This document shows, one piece after another, positions 9,227 through 18,902 of a stretch of 49,930 nt of DNA (its first letter is position 1; each line of letters begins with the position of its first letter). The DNA is from Candidatus Hodarchaeum mangrovi (GTDB taxonomy: Archaea; Asgardarchaeota; Heimdallarchaeia; Hodarchaeales; Hodarchaeaceae). A model generated the notes under the pieces. That model saw only the letters and a list, made by a program, of their open reading frames with translations, ran no database searches and was not told where the DNA came from. Both the position numbers and the translations under genes were made by a program. The stretch is taken from NCBI GenBank assembly GCA_016839515.1, contig JAEOUE010000198.1, positions 1 to 49,930 on the forward strand, in the 5' to 3' direction.

Positions 9227-11107
9227 TTAACGATTCCATGAGTCCTTAGCATAAGAGGTCTTTATCAAGGTGTATTCCTCATCAGGAATTCTAAATCCAA
9301 CTTTTGCTAATATATTTGATGTGCTCTCACTTGAAGAAATCCATCGAATTTTCCAGCCATCATGATTTAAACGAATCTCAACATCAGGAAGGTTACCCAA
9401 GAGATTGTGATCAAATTGGATAATATCTTGATAGGCTCCTGTCAATGCAATTGCTAGATATGATTCATTCAATCCATTAACATTCGCAACAGGTATTCCC
9501 TGTAACTCTTGAGGTTCAGGGAAGCTTAAAAGAAAATTATCATTTGTATGGAAAAGTTTTTTGTTTCTTTTTGTTAAGAATCGGTTCATTTCCCCGTCAG
9601 AATCACATGTAATATCTACTAAACGAAGTAACGTCTCTGGAGGGAAGTTAAGAAATTCAATAGGAAATATTGGAAAATATTGATTCACTAAAACATAGTC
9701 ACAGGCACTGTTAAACACAGAGAAATTTCCTATTGCAAATTTTGATGCGACGATTAATAATTCATTTACTTGAGGTTCCTGAAGAATTTTTGTAATTTGG
9801 GCTGAATCAAAATGCTTAATTATCTTTTCTCTGAATTTTAGTCTTAAAAAACCAATTAAGTGTTCATGATTCTTCAATTCGACCATGTTTTTACATTTAC
9901 TAGTTACTTCAATATCAAAATCTTTGAAATTCTTGTACAATAACATGAAGTCATCTAAAGATTGAATAGAATCAATTTTTTTCTTCCAACTGTAATAATT
10001 TTTCCCTAATACTTCTCCTTGAGGGTAAATATCTTTAATTTCAAGAATTTGTACCAAAACTAATGATGAAAGTGCAGTAATTCCCCTACCTACTTCAATT
10101 AGAATATTAGGATGGGTATTCTCTTCAATATTTGAAATGATTCCTTTAACTATATTTTGAACATAAAATTCTATAGTATCTGGTTCTTGTACAGTAACTA
10201 GACCTTCATAATCAATTGGGAGTCCTCCTCCAAAATTTAAGGTTTGAAGGTTATCATAACCTTCTTTTCTTAGAAAGGTATAATAAGATGTAAGATATTC
10301 AGCTAACGCCTTAAAATCAGTTAATGAAGTGATTTGTGATCCAATATGAGCATGAAGAGCAAATAATATGTTTTTCTTTTTCTTGGATATAAGAAAATTA
10401 AGAATTTCATCCAGTTCAGCGATAGATAAACCGAATTTAGAGTCTCTACCCGATGAGTGAGCCCAATGCCCTGAAACTGGAATATAGGGCTTTAAACGTA
10501 AACAAATTTTTGAGTTAAAATCAGGATCAATTTTATATAATGTTTCAAGTTCTCGAAGTGTTTCAATCGATATAAGGATATTCCATCCCTCATTTAGTTT
10601 TCTTAACGCAAGTCCTAAATAATCCTCATCTTTAACACCATTGCAAACAATAAGATGTTCCCTCTTCTCTTTTAGAGCTTCGAGAGTTATAATAAATTCA
10701 GCTTTAGTTCCAGCTTCTAGCCCATACTGAATAATTTTTGAATCTAAAACGGTTTTAATTGCATGGGCTTGTTGATTAACCTTTATGGGGTAAACTGCGT
10801 GGAACTTACCCTGATACTTAAATTCATTAAAATTTCTATTAAATGAGGACACAATTTTTTCAATCTGATATTCAACCAATTGAGGAATTCTCAAAGTCAA
10901 TGAGGGTGCTTGTGTAATATCTCCTAATTGCTCCTTGATTTGTGTATAGACTGTTTCCAAGATTGTTTTAATTGAAATGATTTGTCCTTGAATTTTTAAA
11001 CATAATTCCCCTTTTTCATTAATATCTAGAAAATGAAACTCTCTAAAATTTTTGCCAATACCATAGAGAGCTCATGAGTCTTCTATTGTCCAATTTATCT
11101 CATTCAC
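9227..11107 (-). CDS. speA: Biosynthetic PLP-dependent arginine decarboxylase with an in-frame TGA at codon 12 (recoded gene or recent pseudogene)
   Basis: YPIKVNQ (PLP Lys), GLEAGTKAE, CNGVKD, SKFGL, HAHIGSQI, GGGLPIDY, TCDSDG, GAYQ. The frame stays open upstream of 10960 except for TGA at 11074-11072 and reads MNEINWTIEDS*ALYGIG...FLDINEKG from GTG 11107. Confidence 0.85.
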
Positions 11108-11300
11108 CTAGAGTTTTCCCACCAAAATTTTCAAATGTCCTTAATTTCTATTTAATTTCTATCCTTTAAAAGATCTAGGTTTCCCGAGTTCTACATTGAA
11201 AGAATTTAAAAGATGGACCTCTCTTTCTGAAAGTAGAACTTCTCCTTTAAGAGAATTTAAATGATAAAATTAAGATGGAATTTCTATAAGAGGGCATTAA

Positions 11301-14069
11301 ATGAAGATAAGTCAAAAATTACTCATCACCTTTATTACTTTATTAATTATTCCAGTATCGATCCTTGCCATATTGAGTGGAATACAGATCATTTTACTTA
11401 GTGAAGAAAACTCTAATGATTCAGCAAAGGCACTCAAGACAGACTCATTAGAACAATTACAACGAATGGTACAAGATGAAGGTATTTTTGTAAATGAAAC
11501 CTTTAAACAATGGATTTCTGAGGTAAAAATGCTTGATAATTATACTGAGGTATTATTCAATAATGAAATTAATATTACTCCCCAACACACTTATTATTGG
11601 GATAAGGTTCTTGAGAATACGAATTCAGGGCTGGTTGTCCCAGGGCTAATAAATAATTATAATTATGATCCCCCGGAAATATCTTGGGATGTAAGCTGTT
11701 ATTTTCTACCAAGAGAATATGCACCAACCCCAGCAAATCCATTCGATTTAAGTCTGAAGATGCAAACAATTTTGAATGCCTCTTCAAATATGGATAATGC
11801 GTTTAAGTCCCTTCATGCGGCGAATACTAATTATGTTTGGATTTATGCTGGATTTGAAGGAGAAGGGCATCTCTTTAGGAATTACCCCTATAATAATTTA
11901 GAATATTTCTTAGATTATTATGATGACGGAACAGATTATGATCCTTTACAAGAAGAATGGTATACTACTGCTACTACTCTTCTCAATGAGACAGCTAGTG
12001 CCTTTATAAGTCCTTATTGGGATCCAGCGGTAGGTTTGATTATTTCTATCACTCGTCCTATGCGTTATCAAAATGGAACGTTATTTGGCGTTGTTGGCGC
12101 AGATATTACGATTACTTCAATAGTTGAAGAAGTCCTAGGAATATCCTTCTTGGATAATGGTTATGCCTTTCTTTTGGGGAGTGATGGGTCTGTTATTGCG
12201 CATCCTGAGTTGGATCAAGAGGCAGAAGAACTTCCTTCAATAGGTGAATTAGAATTCATAAATATGGATGAACAAAATTCGTTTGAAAGTTCAATAGTTT
12301 CTAAAATGACACAGGGTTTATCAGGAACAGATTCTTTTCTTAAGAACGGAAAATCTTGGTTTATTTCCTATGCACCAATTACAGTAGCAGGTTATTCCTT
12401 AGGTATTATGGTTCCTGAATCAGACATCATTGCTTCTGCTGTACAAGTTAGGGAAACAATTTCAGGATTAACAGTTCAACAAACATTTCTTTTTGCAGTA
12501 ATTCTAATCATAATTCTCACGTTAGTAGTAGTTGTGGGATCCATTATCTCAAATCGTATTGTACAACCAGTCAACGAATTAACTCGTATGGTGAATTTCA
12601 TAGCAGAAGGAGATCTATCACGGGATTTAAGAAGTAGTGCTTCTTCCATGGGAAAAGAGGTGGCTACGTTACATTCAGCCTTTGATAATTTATTAACTTC
12701 CTTACGGTTTGGAAATACAGATTATTATCGTGGTGACTTGAAACGAGCATATCAGAATTATAAGAAAGCACATGAACTATTTACAACTACAAAGAATGAA
12801 AGAGGAATTGCAATAGCTACAAATAATTTAGGAAACATTTATCGTGCATGGGGAGATTTCGATAAGGCAAAAGAAGCATACTTTGAAGCCATTCGGATAG
12901 GAGATATTCAAAAAGATAAAAGAGGATTAGCATCACGATTTAACAATTTAGGGATACTCTATCTAGATAAGAAAGACTATAAATTAGCTTTACAGATGCT
13001 TGAAACTGCTAAACAGTATGATGAAGAGACTTCAAATGTCAAAGGATTAATCACACGATTAGGAAATATTGGTATTGTCTACGAACGATTAGAAGACAAA
13101 AACAAAGCTGAAAAATTCTTTAAGGAGGCAATGAACCTAGCAGAAAAGAATAATGACACCCGAGGACTGGCAAATACCTATCTCACCTATGCAATTTTCT
13201 TTATGGGACAGGGTAAGTATAAAGAATCATTGGAATACTTATTAAAATCCTTTGATTTAGCAAAATCTATTGATGATGTCCGATTAGCATTGCATTGTTT
13301 AGAACGTTTAAGTACAGCCTATGAAGAACTAGATCAGCCCACAGATAGTCATAAAGCCAGAATTAGTGCTGAAATGATCCGAAAAAAGATTATGCATCCA
13401 AAGATGGCGTTGTTTGTCCTTGACTATAGTGGATCAATGGAAGGACAAAAAATCCGTTCAGCTGTTCGCGGAGCAACAAAGCTCTTCGAAGGTCAAATAA
13501 ATCCTCAAGATAAAGTTGGAATAGTAATCTTCAATAATCAATCAAGGACAATTTTACCCTTGACACAAGTTGAAGGGAATGAAAAGAATATACTACGGAA
13601 GATCAAAGAATTAAGATATCCAAGTGGTATGACAGCTTTTTATGATGCTCTAGGAGATGCACTAAACTTTCTGAATAAAGAGAAAGGTAATGAGCAAAAA
13701 TGGCTAATTGCTTTAACAGACGGTGAGGATAATTCCAGTGAACGCTTCTCTATATTACGTCATGGTCGAAGAACTTTTGAATTTTTTACAAAATTATCAG
13801 AGAAAATTGGAGTAAAAGCTACTTCAATTCCTGATTTTATTGATGAAAATCTATTAACTATTAATATTGCCATTGTAGGCGTAGGTGAGGAAGTAAGAAG
13901 AATTGCCAGGCCCTTACAAGAATTATGTAATGCTACTCCACGGGGTAGATATATAGATGTTTCAAAACCAAGTACCCAAATAGAAAGAGCTATTGAGGAA
14001 GCATTCGAGGAGATTAAAGATGCAATCGGACAGGTTGACGTTGAAGGATTTGATGTGAGTGAGGACTAA
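11301..14069 (+). CDS. Membrane sensor: TM-dCache-TM-HAMP-TPR-vWA
   Basis: dCache motifs (YDPLQEEWY, SPYWD, GVVGADI, GYAFLL...VIAHP), HAMP (PVNELT...IAEGDL...EV), TPRs, and vWA MIDAS (LDYSGSM, TAFYDAL, LTDGEDN). Confidence 0.88.
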   Translation: MKISQKLLITFITLLIIPVSILAILSGIQIILLSEENSNDSAKALKTDSLEQLQRMVQDEGIFVNETFKQWISEVKMLDNYTEVLFNNEINITPQHTYYWDKVLENTNSGLVVPGLINNYNYDPPEISWDVSCYFLPREYAPTPANPFDLSLKMQTILNASSNMDNAFKSLHAANTNYVWIYAGFEGEGHLFRNYPYNNLEYFLDYYDDGTDYDPLQEEWYTTATTLLNETASAFISPYWDPAVGLIISITRPMRYQNGTLFGVVGADITITSIVEEVLGISFLDNGYAFLLGSDGSVIAHPELDQEAEELPSIGELEFINMDEQNSFESSIVSKMTQGLSGTDSFLKNGKSWFISYAPITVAGYSLGIMVPESDIIASAVQVRETISGLTVQQTFLFAVILIIILTLVVVVGSIISNRIVQPVNELTRMVNFIAEGDLSRDLRSSASSMGKEVATLHSAFDNLLTSLRFGNTDYYRGDLKRAYQNYKKAHELFTTTKNERGIAIATNNLGNIYRAWGDFDKAKEAYFEAIRIGDIQKDKRGLASRFNNLGILYLDKKDYKLALQMLETAKQYDEETSNVKGLITRLGNIGIVYERLEDKNKAEKFFKEAMNLAEKNNDTRGLANTYLTYAIFFMGQGKYKESLEYLLKSFDLAKSIDDVRLALHCLERLSTAYEELDQPTDSHKARISAEMIRKKIMHPKMALFVLDYSGSMEGQKIRSAVRGATKLFEGQINPQDKVGIVIFNNQSRTILPLTQVEGNEKNILRKIKELRYPSGMTAFYDALGDALNFLNKEKGNEQKWLIALTDGEDNSSERFSILRHGRRTFEFFTKLSEKIGVKATSIPDFIDENLLTINIAIVGVGEEVRRIARPLQELCNATPRGRYIDVSKPSTQIERAIEEAFEEIKDAIGQVDVEGFDVSED

Positions 14070-14082
14070 GGAGGTATAAACA

Positions 14083-15567
14083 ATGGTACGAAGTATAAGG
14101 GAAAATATTGTGATTAGCTTTGCAGTATTCAGTTTAATTTCATTAGTCCTAGTTGGTGGGCTTTCATTAATTTTTATTAGTCTCATTGGGCAAACTACAA
14201 CGGTAATGAGTACTGATGCTTTAAAAACCCAGATAAAAGATAATATTGAACAAACTGCAGAACAAAATGCCTTAGTTATTAATCGAAAATTATCCAATGC
14301 AGAAGCCATGGTCAACGCAATGGCTGAGGAATGTGAAAACCTCTTCCGGCCTACCTCACCATATAATTATCGGCGTAGCTACTATGATTACTTTTTCGAA
14401 TATGATCGGGGTTTACAGAATTTTCCGAATGGGACCTATCTTGATCCATATTATGGAGTATATTTGTCCTGGGATTATTCTAGCTTTTATTTCCCAGGTT
14501 CTAGTAGTAGCAACTATTTGACTCTATTAGAGGCTGATAGCCAACTTAATGACACAGTAAGCCGTACTGCTAATATGGATGTCATTTTCAAACTGATACA
14601 TATTAATATGCCGGAAATACGATGGTTATACATTGCCTTTGAACACGAGAACTTATTTATTAATTATCCGGGCTCTGTCGTTGGTGGCACTGATATTGAA
14701 CGACAAACGGATCCATTTACTGCTACTGAAGAGGACTGGTACACAGAAGTTCGAAATGGATTTGGAAATATAGTTTTTACTGCCCCGTATTTTGACCCTA
14801 TAGATGGTGCATTATTAATTACAATTGGGAAAGCGATTTACCATCCTGGGAATCAGAATTTGCTTGGATGTATTTTTGCAGATATAACAATTGAGAGTAT
14901 TAAGGAAAAGATTATTGATATTACTATACTTGAAACAGGGTATGCAGTATTAATACAACAATCTGGATTAGTGGTTGCTCATCCTGAATGGACGGCAATA
15001 AACCCTAATGTTGATCTTCCTTCAATTGAAGAAGTTGAGATCAACTTTGATGGAAGTCCTTCGTTATTACTTGGACATTTAACAGTTATTACCAGTGGAG
15101 AATCTGGAGTTGTTGAATATGTTCGTAATACTCAAGCACGATATATCGCATTTGCTCCTGTTGGAAAAGGAGATTATATCTGTTTAATAGTTGTCCCAGT
15201 CAGTGAAGCAATTGCCTCCGTTGCACCTCTTCAAAATAGAATTGAAACAGCGACTCTCAGTGCGTTAATACAAGTAGTAACTATCATTGCCATCGCCGTA
15301 GTTGCTTCATTATCAATTGGAATATGGTTGTCTAATAGAATTATCAGGCCGATCACAAAGTTGACTAATATTGCTTCGAAAATGGCTACTGATAAAATTC
15401 GTGAGGATATTCTTGGAGAACTTGATATTCAAATAGATAAAGAGCTAGAGGCTCAAGAGGACGAAGTTGGTGATTTAACTCGAGCTTTTAAGGGAATGTT
15501 ATCCACTCTAAAAACTGAAACAAAGAAAGATCAAAAGGGACTTGATGATTCATTCTGGGATACCTAG
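14083..15567 (+). CDS. Membrane sensor: TM-dCache-TM-HAMP with no output domain
   Basis: SD GGAGGT at 14070-14075; FTATEEDWY, APYFD, ADITI, GYAVLI...VVAHP, HAMP (PITKLT...DEVGDLTRAF..M) and a short acidic tail. Confidence 0.88.
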   Translation: MVRSIRENIVISFAVFSLISLVLVGGLSLIFISLIGQTTTVMSTDALKTQIKDNIEQTAEQNALVINRKLSNAEAMVNAMAEECENLFRPTSPYNYRRSYYDYFFEYDRGLQNFPNGTYLDPYYGVYLSWDYSSFYFPGSSSSNYLTLLEADSQLNDTVSRTANMDVIFKLIHINMPEIRWLYIAFEHENLFINYPGSVVGGTDIERQTDPFTATEEDWYTEVRNGFGNIVFTAPYFDPIDGALLITIGKAIYHPGNQNLLGCIFADITIESIKEKIIDITILETGYAVLIQQSGLVVAHPEWTAINPNVDLPSIEEVEINFDGSPSLLLGHLTVITSGESGVVEYVRNTQARYIAFAPVGKGDYICLIVVPVSEAIASVAPLQNRIETATLSALIQVVTIIAIAVVASLSIGIWLSNRIIRPITKLTNIASKMATDKIREDILGELDIQIDKELEAQEDEVGDLTRAFKGMLSTLKTETKKDQKGLDDSFWDT

Positions 15568-15569
15568 AT

Positions 15570-15588
15570 CTTTTCCAGTTTTTTTTTC
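15570..15588 (+). terminator. Putative oligo-T terminator
   Basis: CTTTTCCAG followed by a T9 tract directly after the stop, between convergent genes. Confidence 0.45.
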
Positions 15589-15636
15589 ATTAGAATTAAT
15601 TGAAATTTACATTGAACCTAATTTTTCTTTACAAAA

Positions 15637-16941
15637 TTATTGTAGTAATGAAAATTCGTTTGCATAACAGAATGGACATTCAACATAGCCAACTGATTCT
15701 CTTTCGGTGTAACACTTCTCACAAAGGAATCTTAAACAGGCTTTACACTGATGATGAGATTCTAACACCGATTTAAGCTCGTTACATGACATACAGAAGA
15801 ATTTATCAGTTGAAATTATTAATAAGTCATCGAGCGCGATATCAGGGGTTCCATACATGTCAATTCTTCCCCCTAACTGTCCACTGCTTTGAAATGCAAG
15901 AATATCTGTATAAAAATCATTATAAGAAATAGGATAATTCGTAGAATCAACATATTTTCTGTGGAGTCGTGAAATTGGTATCCCAGATACTCCAAAGCTC
16001 CTAGATAATTCTAATATTAATGGACGTAACTCAATAAGATCTACACCTGCTTTAACAAGCTGAGATTTGCTAATAACCTTTCCATCCGGATCTATTAATT
16101 GTACAATCACACGATAGATAGAAATAGTTCCTTTTTTAGTCAATATAACGAGAGAATCGTTTTCAGAGTCAAATAATTTCCCTGTTACAATAATTCGTAT
16201 TCGTTCAGCATCTTCATACTCATAAAGAAGTGCTGGTTCTCCAGTTAGAATCCAAATCGAAATTTTATTATCAAATGATGTAACTAGGAAACGATGAATA
16301 CCCAAAGCTAGTAGAGTTCCGCGAGAAATTTTCCTTCCTAGAGTATAACTTTGTTCTATTTTGCCACGAAGATTTAATATATGTACTTTACCATCCTGCT
16401 CCATAATAATTGCTTTATTCTTTCTGTCAGACTCAAAAGTACCAATTATTGCACTAGAAATTCGTGAAGGAAAAGTTTTTCGCCATAAAACAGAGCCATT
16501 ACTCGTTAAGAGAATAGCAGTATTGGCTTGGGCTATAACAAGCGCTTCTGATTCTTTATCATCCTCAAAATCCCCTAAAGAAATACTTTTTATGGAATCA
16601 CCTAAATCAGTTGCCCAAACTAGTTTACCTGAAGTATTAATAACACGAACCAAGCCATCCAAACCCCCTGAAATTAAATTTTTACCTTTAATGCTTCCAA
16701 TTGCTAAGCAGGTAAACTGGGTTGACCAATCCAGAGATGATTCCTTAGTACCATCAGGACTAATAATATGAAGCTTATCATCATAACAACTCAAAACGAT
16801 TTGAGGTAATTCCTTAGTTATTTTCCCAATAGTGATAGCATAACAATCAGAGGGTGGCGAAAAGAATGAAACCTTTTCTAATTTAACTTGATAATCCTTT
16901 AAAGAGGATTTTATTGAATAATCTGCCATAATTGGATTCAT
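15637..16941 (-). CDS. Beta-propeller protein with C-terminal 8-Cys zinc finger (FYVE/RING-like spacing)
   Basis: WD/FG-GAP-like blades (LISGGLDGLVRV...GKLVW; GDFEDD; GSVLWRK) and C-x2-C-x12-C-x2-C-x4-C-x2-C-x11-C-x2-C at the C-terminus. Confidence 0.75.
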   Translation of the reverse strand: MNPIMADYSIKSSLKDYQVKLEKVSFFSPPSDCYAITIGKITKELPQIVLSCYDDKLHIISPDGTKESSLDWSTQFTCLAIGSIKGKNLISGGLDGLVRVINTSGKLVWATDLGDSIKSISLGDFEDDKESEALVIAQANTAILLTSNGSVLWRKTFPSRISSAIIGTFESDRKNKAIIMEQDGKVHILNLRGKIEQSYTLGRKISRGTLLALGIHRFLVTSFDNKISIWILTGEPALLYEYEDAERIRIIVTGKLFDSENDSLVILTKKGTISIYRVIVQLIDPDGKVISKSQLVKAGVDLIELRPLILELSRSFGVSGIPISRLHRKYVDSTNYPISYNDFYTDILAFQSSGQLGGRIDMYGTPDIALDDLLIISTDKFFCMSCNELKSVLESHHQCKACLRFLCEKCYTERESVGYVECPFCYANEFSLLQ

Positions 16942-17239
16942 TCCAACAAAAGAGAAATTAATCTCTATTTAATTCGTTAATTTATTACGATATCACTTAA
17001 ACTAATCGATTACAGAAATTCATTGATGATAATTTCCCTATTCTCTTAACTACACTTAATCCCTAAAAGCCAACCTTTTACTTTATTTAGTTTAAATCTA
17101 AAATAATGCACATAATCTCCAGTTTTTTGTCTCTAAATTTAACTTATTCCAATCTTTGAGAAAATTGCATCCAAGATTACCCTTATAAATTAGCTAAATA
17201 CATTTAATTTGGATATTATTCCAATGATGTAGATTGAAA

Positions 17240-17368
17240 ATGGATAAGAAAAAAGCACAACAAATAAATGAGCAGAAAAAAGCTCAAAAAAAGGCTGAAT
17301 TTGACGCTTTCCTAAAAAAGAAGAAGGCGGAACGAGAAGAAAGAATTAAACAGGTAAGTAGACCATAA
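17240..17368 (+). CDS. Small Lys/Glu-rich protein (42 aa), not in the ORF track
   Basis: MDKKKAQQINEQKKAQKKAEFDAFLKKKKAEREERIKQVSRP; charged helical pattern in an otherwise intergenic gap; no obvious SD. Confidence 0.5.
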   Translation: MDKKKAQQINEQKKAQKKAEFDAFLKKKKAEREERIKQVSRP

Positions 17369-17573
17369 AAGGATAATTGTAAAAAAATTTTATTTTTGGT
17401 CTGTTTCTAGCAATGTTCTTGTCATAACTGATACAGCTGATATGAGGAAGGGAAGAAATTTTTCATTAAAGTAATGTACTTAAAAATTAGAGAATTATAT
17501 ATGCAGATATAACCTAAGACCTTCATTAGGTTTTTTACCATTATCCTTAAGGTTATAAAACTCTTTAGCCTTC

Positions 17574-18297
17574 TTGTACGTATACTTTATTCCATTTATT
17601 AGGTTTTTTAAGGAAACTGGAGAGCATATACCTTTAATCATTAAATATAAGGTAATTTCTTGTCTTATAACACTAATTATCCTTTTTCCAGTCATTTTAG
17701 TACAAAGATTCACTAATATTAATATTTTCCCCGCTTTACCCGAAACTCGTTCCTTTTGGGCATATAGTTATATAACACAAGAATTGTCCCAAGTAGATGC
17801 TAGGTTGCTTGGAAGTAATAACTTTTGTACCCTTTATATGGATAAGGAATGTATTACCAATTTAGATAAAGCATCCATTATTGCAAAAATGGAGGACTTT
17901 TGTAATAAATTTGATAAAATCTCCACAGGGGAATTTAGGTGTCATATTTGTCATTCATACTTCCTATGGGGGGATATTTCAACAACACTTGCGTTATGAA
18001 GAAGAAAGTACGGTCAAAGATTTATTCTGGTGATTCTCAAATAATGAGACTTATTCAATTCTTTATTATATTTCGAAAAATACTCCTATTGCTCCAAAAG
18101 AATAGGGACCAAGGCCTATAATTGAGATTAAAATCACATTGGAAGAAGCGATAAATACCACATCATCCTCAGTGACCAGTCAAACCACTGGATCTACAAA
18201 TACTCTAGGTTTTTCAAATAATTTTCCTCTATTATTAATCATTTTTCTAATTCTAGCTCAGTTAATAGCCTTTATATCTTCAAAATCCAAAAGGTAA
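17574..18297 (+). pseudogene. Disrupted secreted/surface-anchored protein (possibly metallopeptidase-like)
   Basis: Frame 3 gives a signal-like KYKVISCLITLIILFPVILV, then ETRSFWAY..QVDARLL..FCTLYMD. After about 17920, frame 1 continues with stops at 18031-33 and 18103-05, then a Thr/Ser linker, TLGF, a TM helix and a basic tail (KSKR*). Confidence 0.55.
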
Positions 18298-18833
18298 TAA
18301 AAATTGACTTTGTTTTTGGACAAAAATTTGCGAAGGATCTCTTTATTATGAATACGGTTTAGTATAACGAATAATCCACAAATCTGTCCTTCATAAGCCT
18401 TAATAGATTGAATAATTGGATCTTTACTCGCTCCTGATGTAATTACATCGTCTACAATTAATATTCGTTTTCCACGAATATCTCCTTCAATTAATTTTCT
18501 TGTTCCATGATCTTTCTGTTGCACTCGGGTTAAAAAAAAGGATTTTTCTAATTCTAACGATAAAGCGACTCCAAGAGGAATCCCTGCTAATGGAGGAGCT
18601 GTTATTCCTTCAATTGTTTGAATAAGGTGATTGGCGTCCAAAAACATAGAAGCAATTTTAATCACTCTTTGAAATTCCTTTGGAAAGTTAGGGAGGATTC
18701 TCAAGTCTATATAAATTGAAGAAATTGTGCCATCTTTGAGGAGAAATTCCCCAGATTTAACAATATCTAGTTTTTTAAGAATATGCAATAACTCTACTTT
18801 TAAAGCTGACTCCAGAGGGATCAAAAAGTTCAC
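18258..18833 (-). CDS. pyrE: Orotate phosphoribosyltransferase
   Basis: GEFLLKDG.S..YIDLR, K.HGT...IEG, PRPP motif ILIVDDVITSG. Confidence 0.93.
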   Translation of the reverse strand: MNFLIPLESALKVELLHILKKLDIVKSGEFLLKDGTISSIYIDLRILPNFPKEFQRVIKIASMFLDANHLIQTIEGITAPPLAGIPLGVALSLELEKSFFLTRVQQKDHGTRKLIEGDIRGKRILIVDDVITSGASKDPIIQSIKAYEGQICGLFVILNRIHNKEILRKFLSKNKVNFYYLLDFEDIKAIN

Positions 18834-18902
18834 CCAACATTATAATCTTTTTTTTTATTATAAAAACACTTTTTAAAAAGCTTTTAAAGAAAGGATCTGA
18901 CA
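18834..18902. promoter_or_regulatory. Compact divergent promoter region pyrE/pyrF
   Basis: 69-bp AT-rich gap containing TTATAA/TTATAAAAA TATA-like elements. Confidence 0.4.

Noticed and set aside
9227-10960. Track start of speA at TTG 10960
   Set aside because: It would omit conserved N-terminal SpeA sequence, and no SD-like element precedes it
11072-11074. Selenocysteine call for the speA TGA
   Set aside because: The position is not a conserved Cys/redox site and no SECIS could be identified by eye; kept only as a possibility
15637-16941. Treating the propeller-finger protein as the E3 of the E1/E2 cassette
   Set aside because: About 19 kb away with no operonic link; no evidence beyond co-occurrence
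17495-18121. Three short track ORFs as independent genes
   Set aside because: Better explained as pieces or shadows of one disrupted gene
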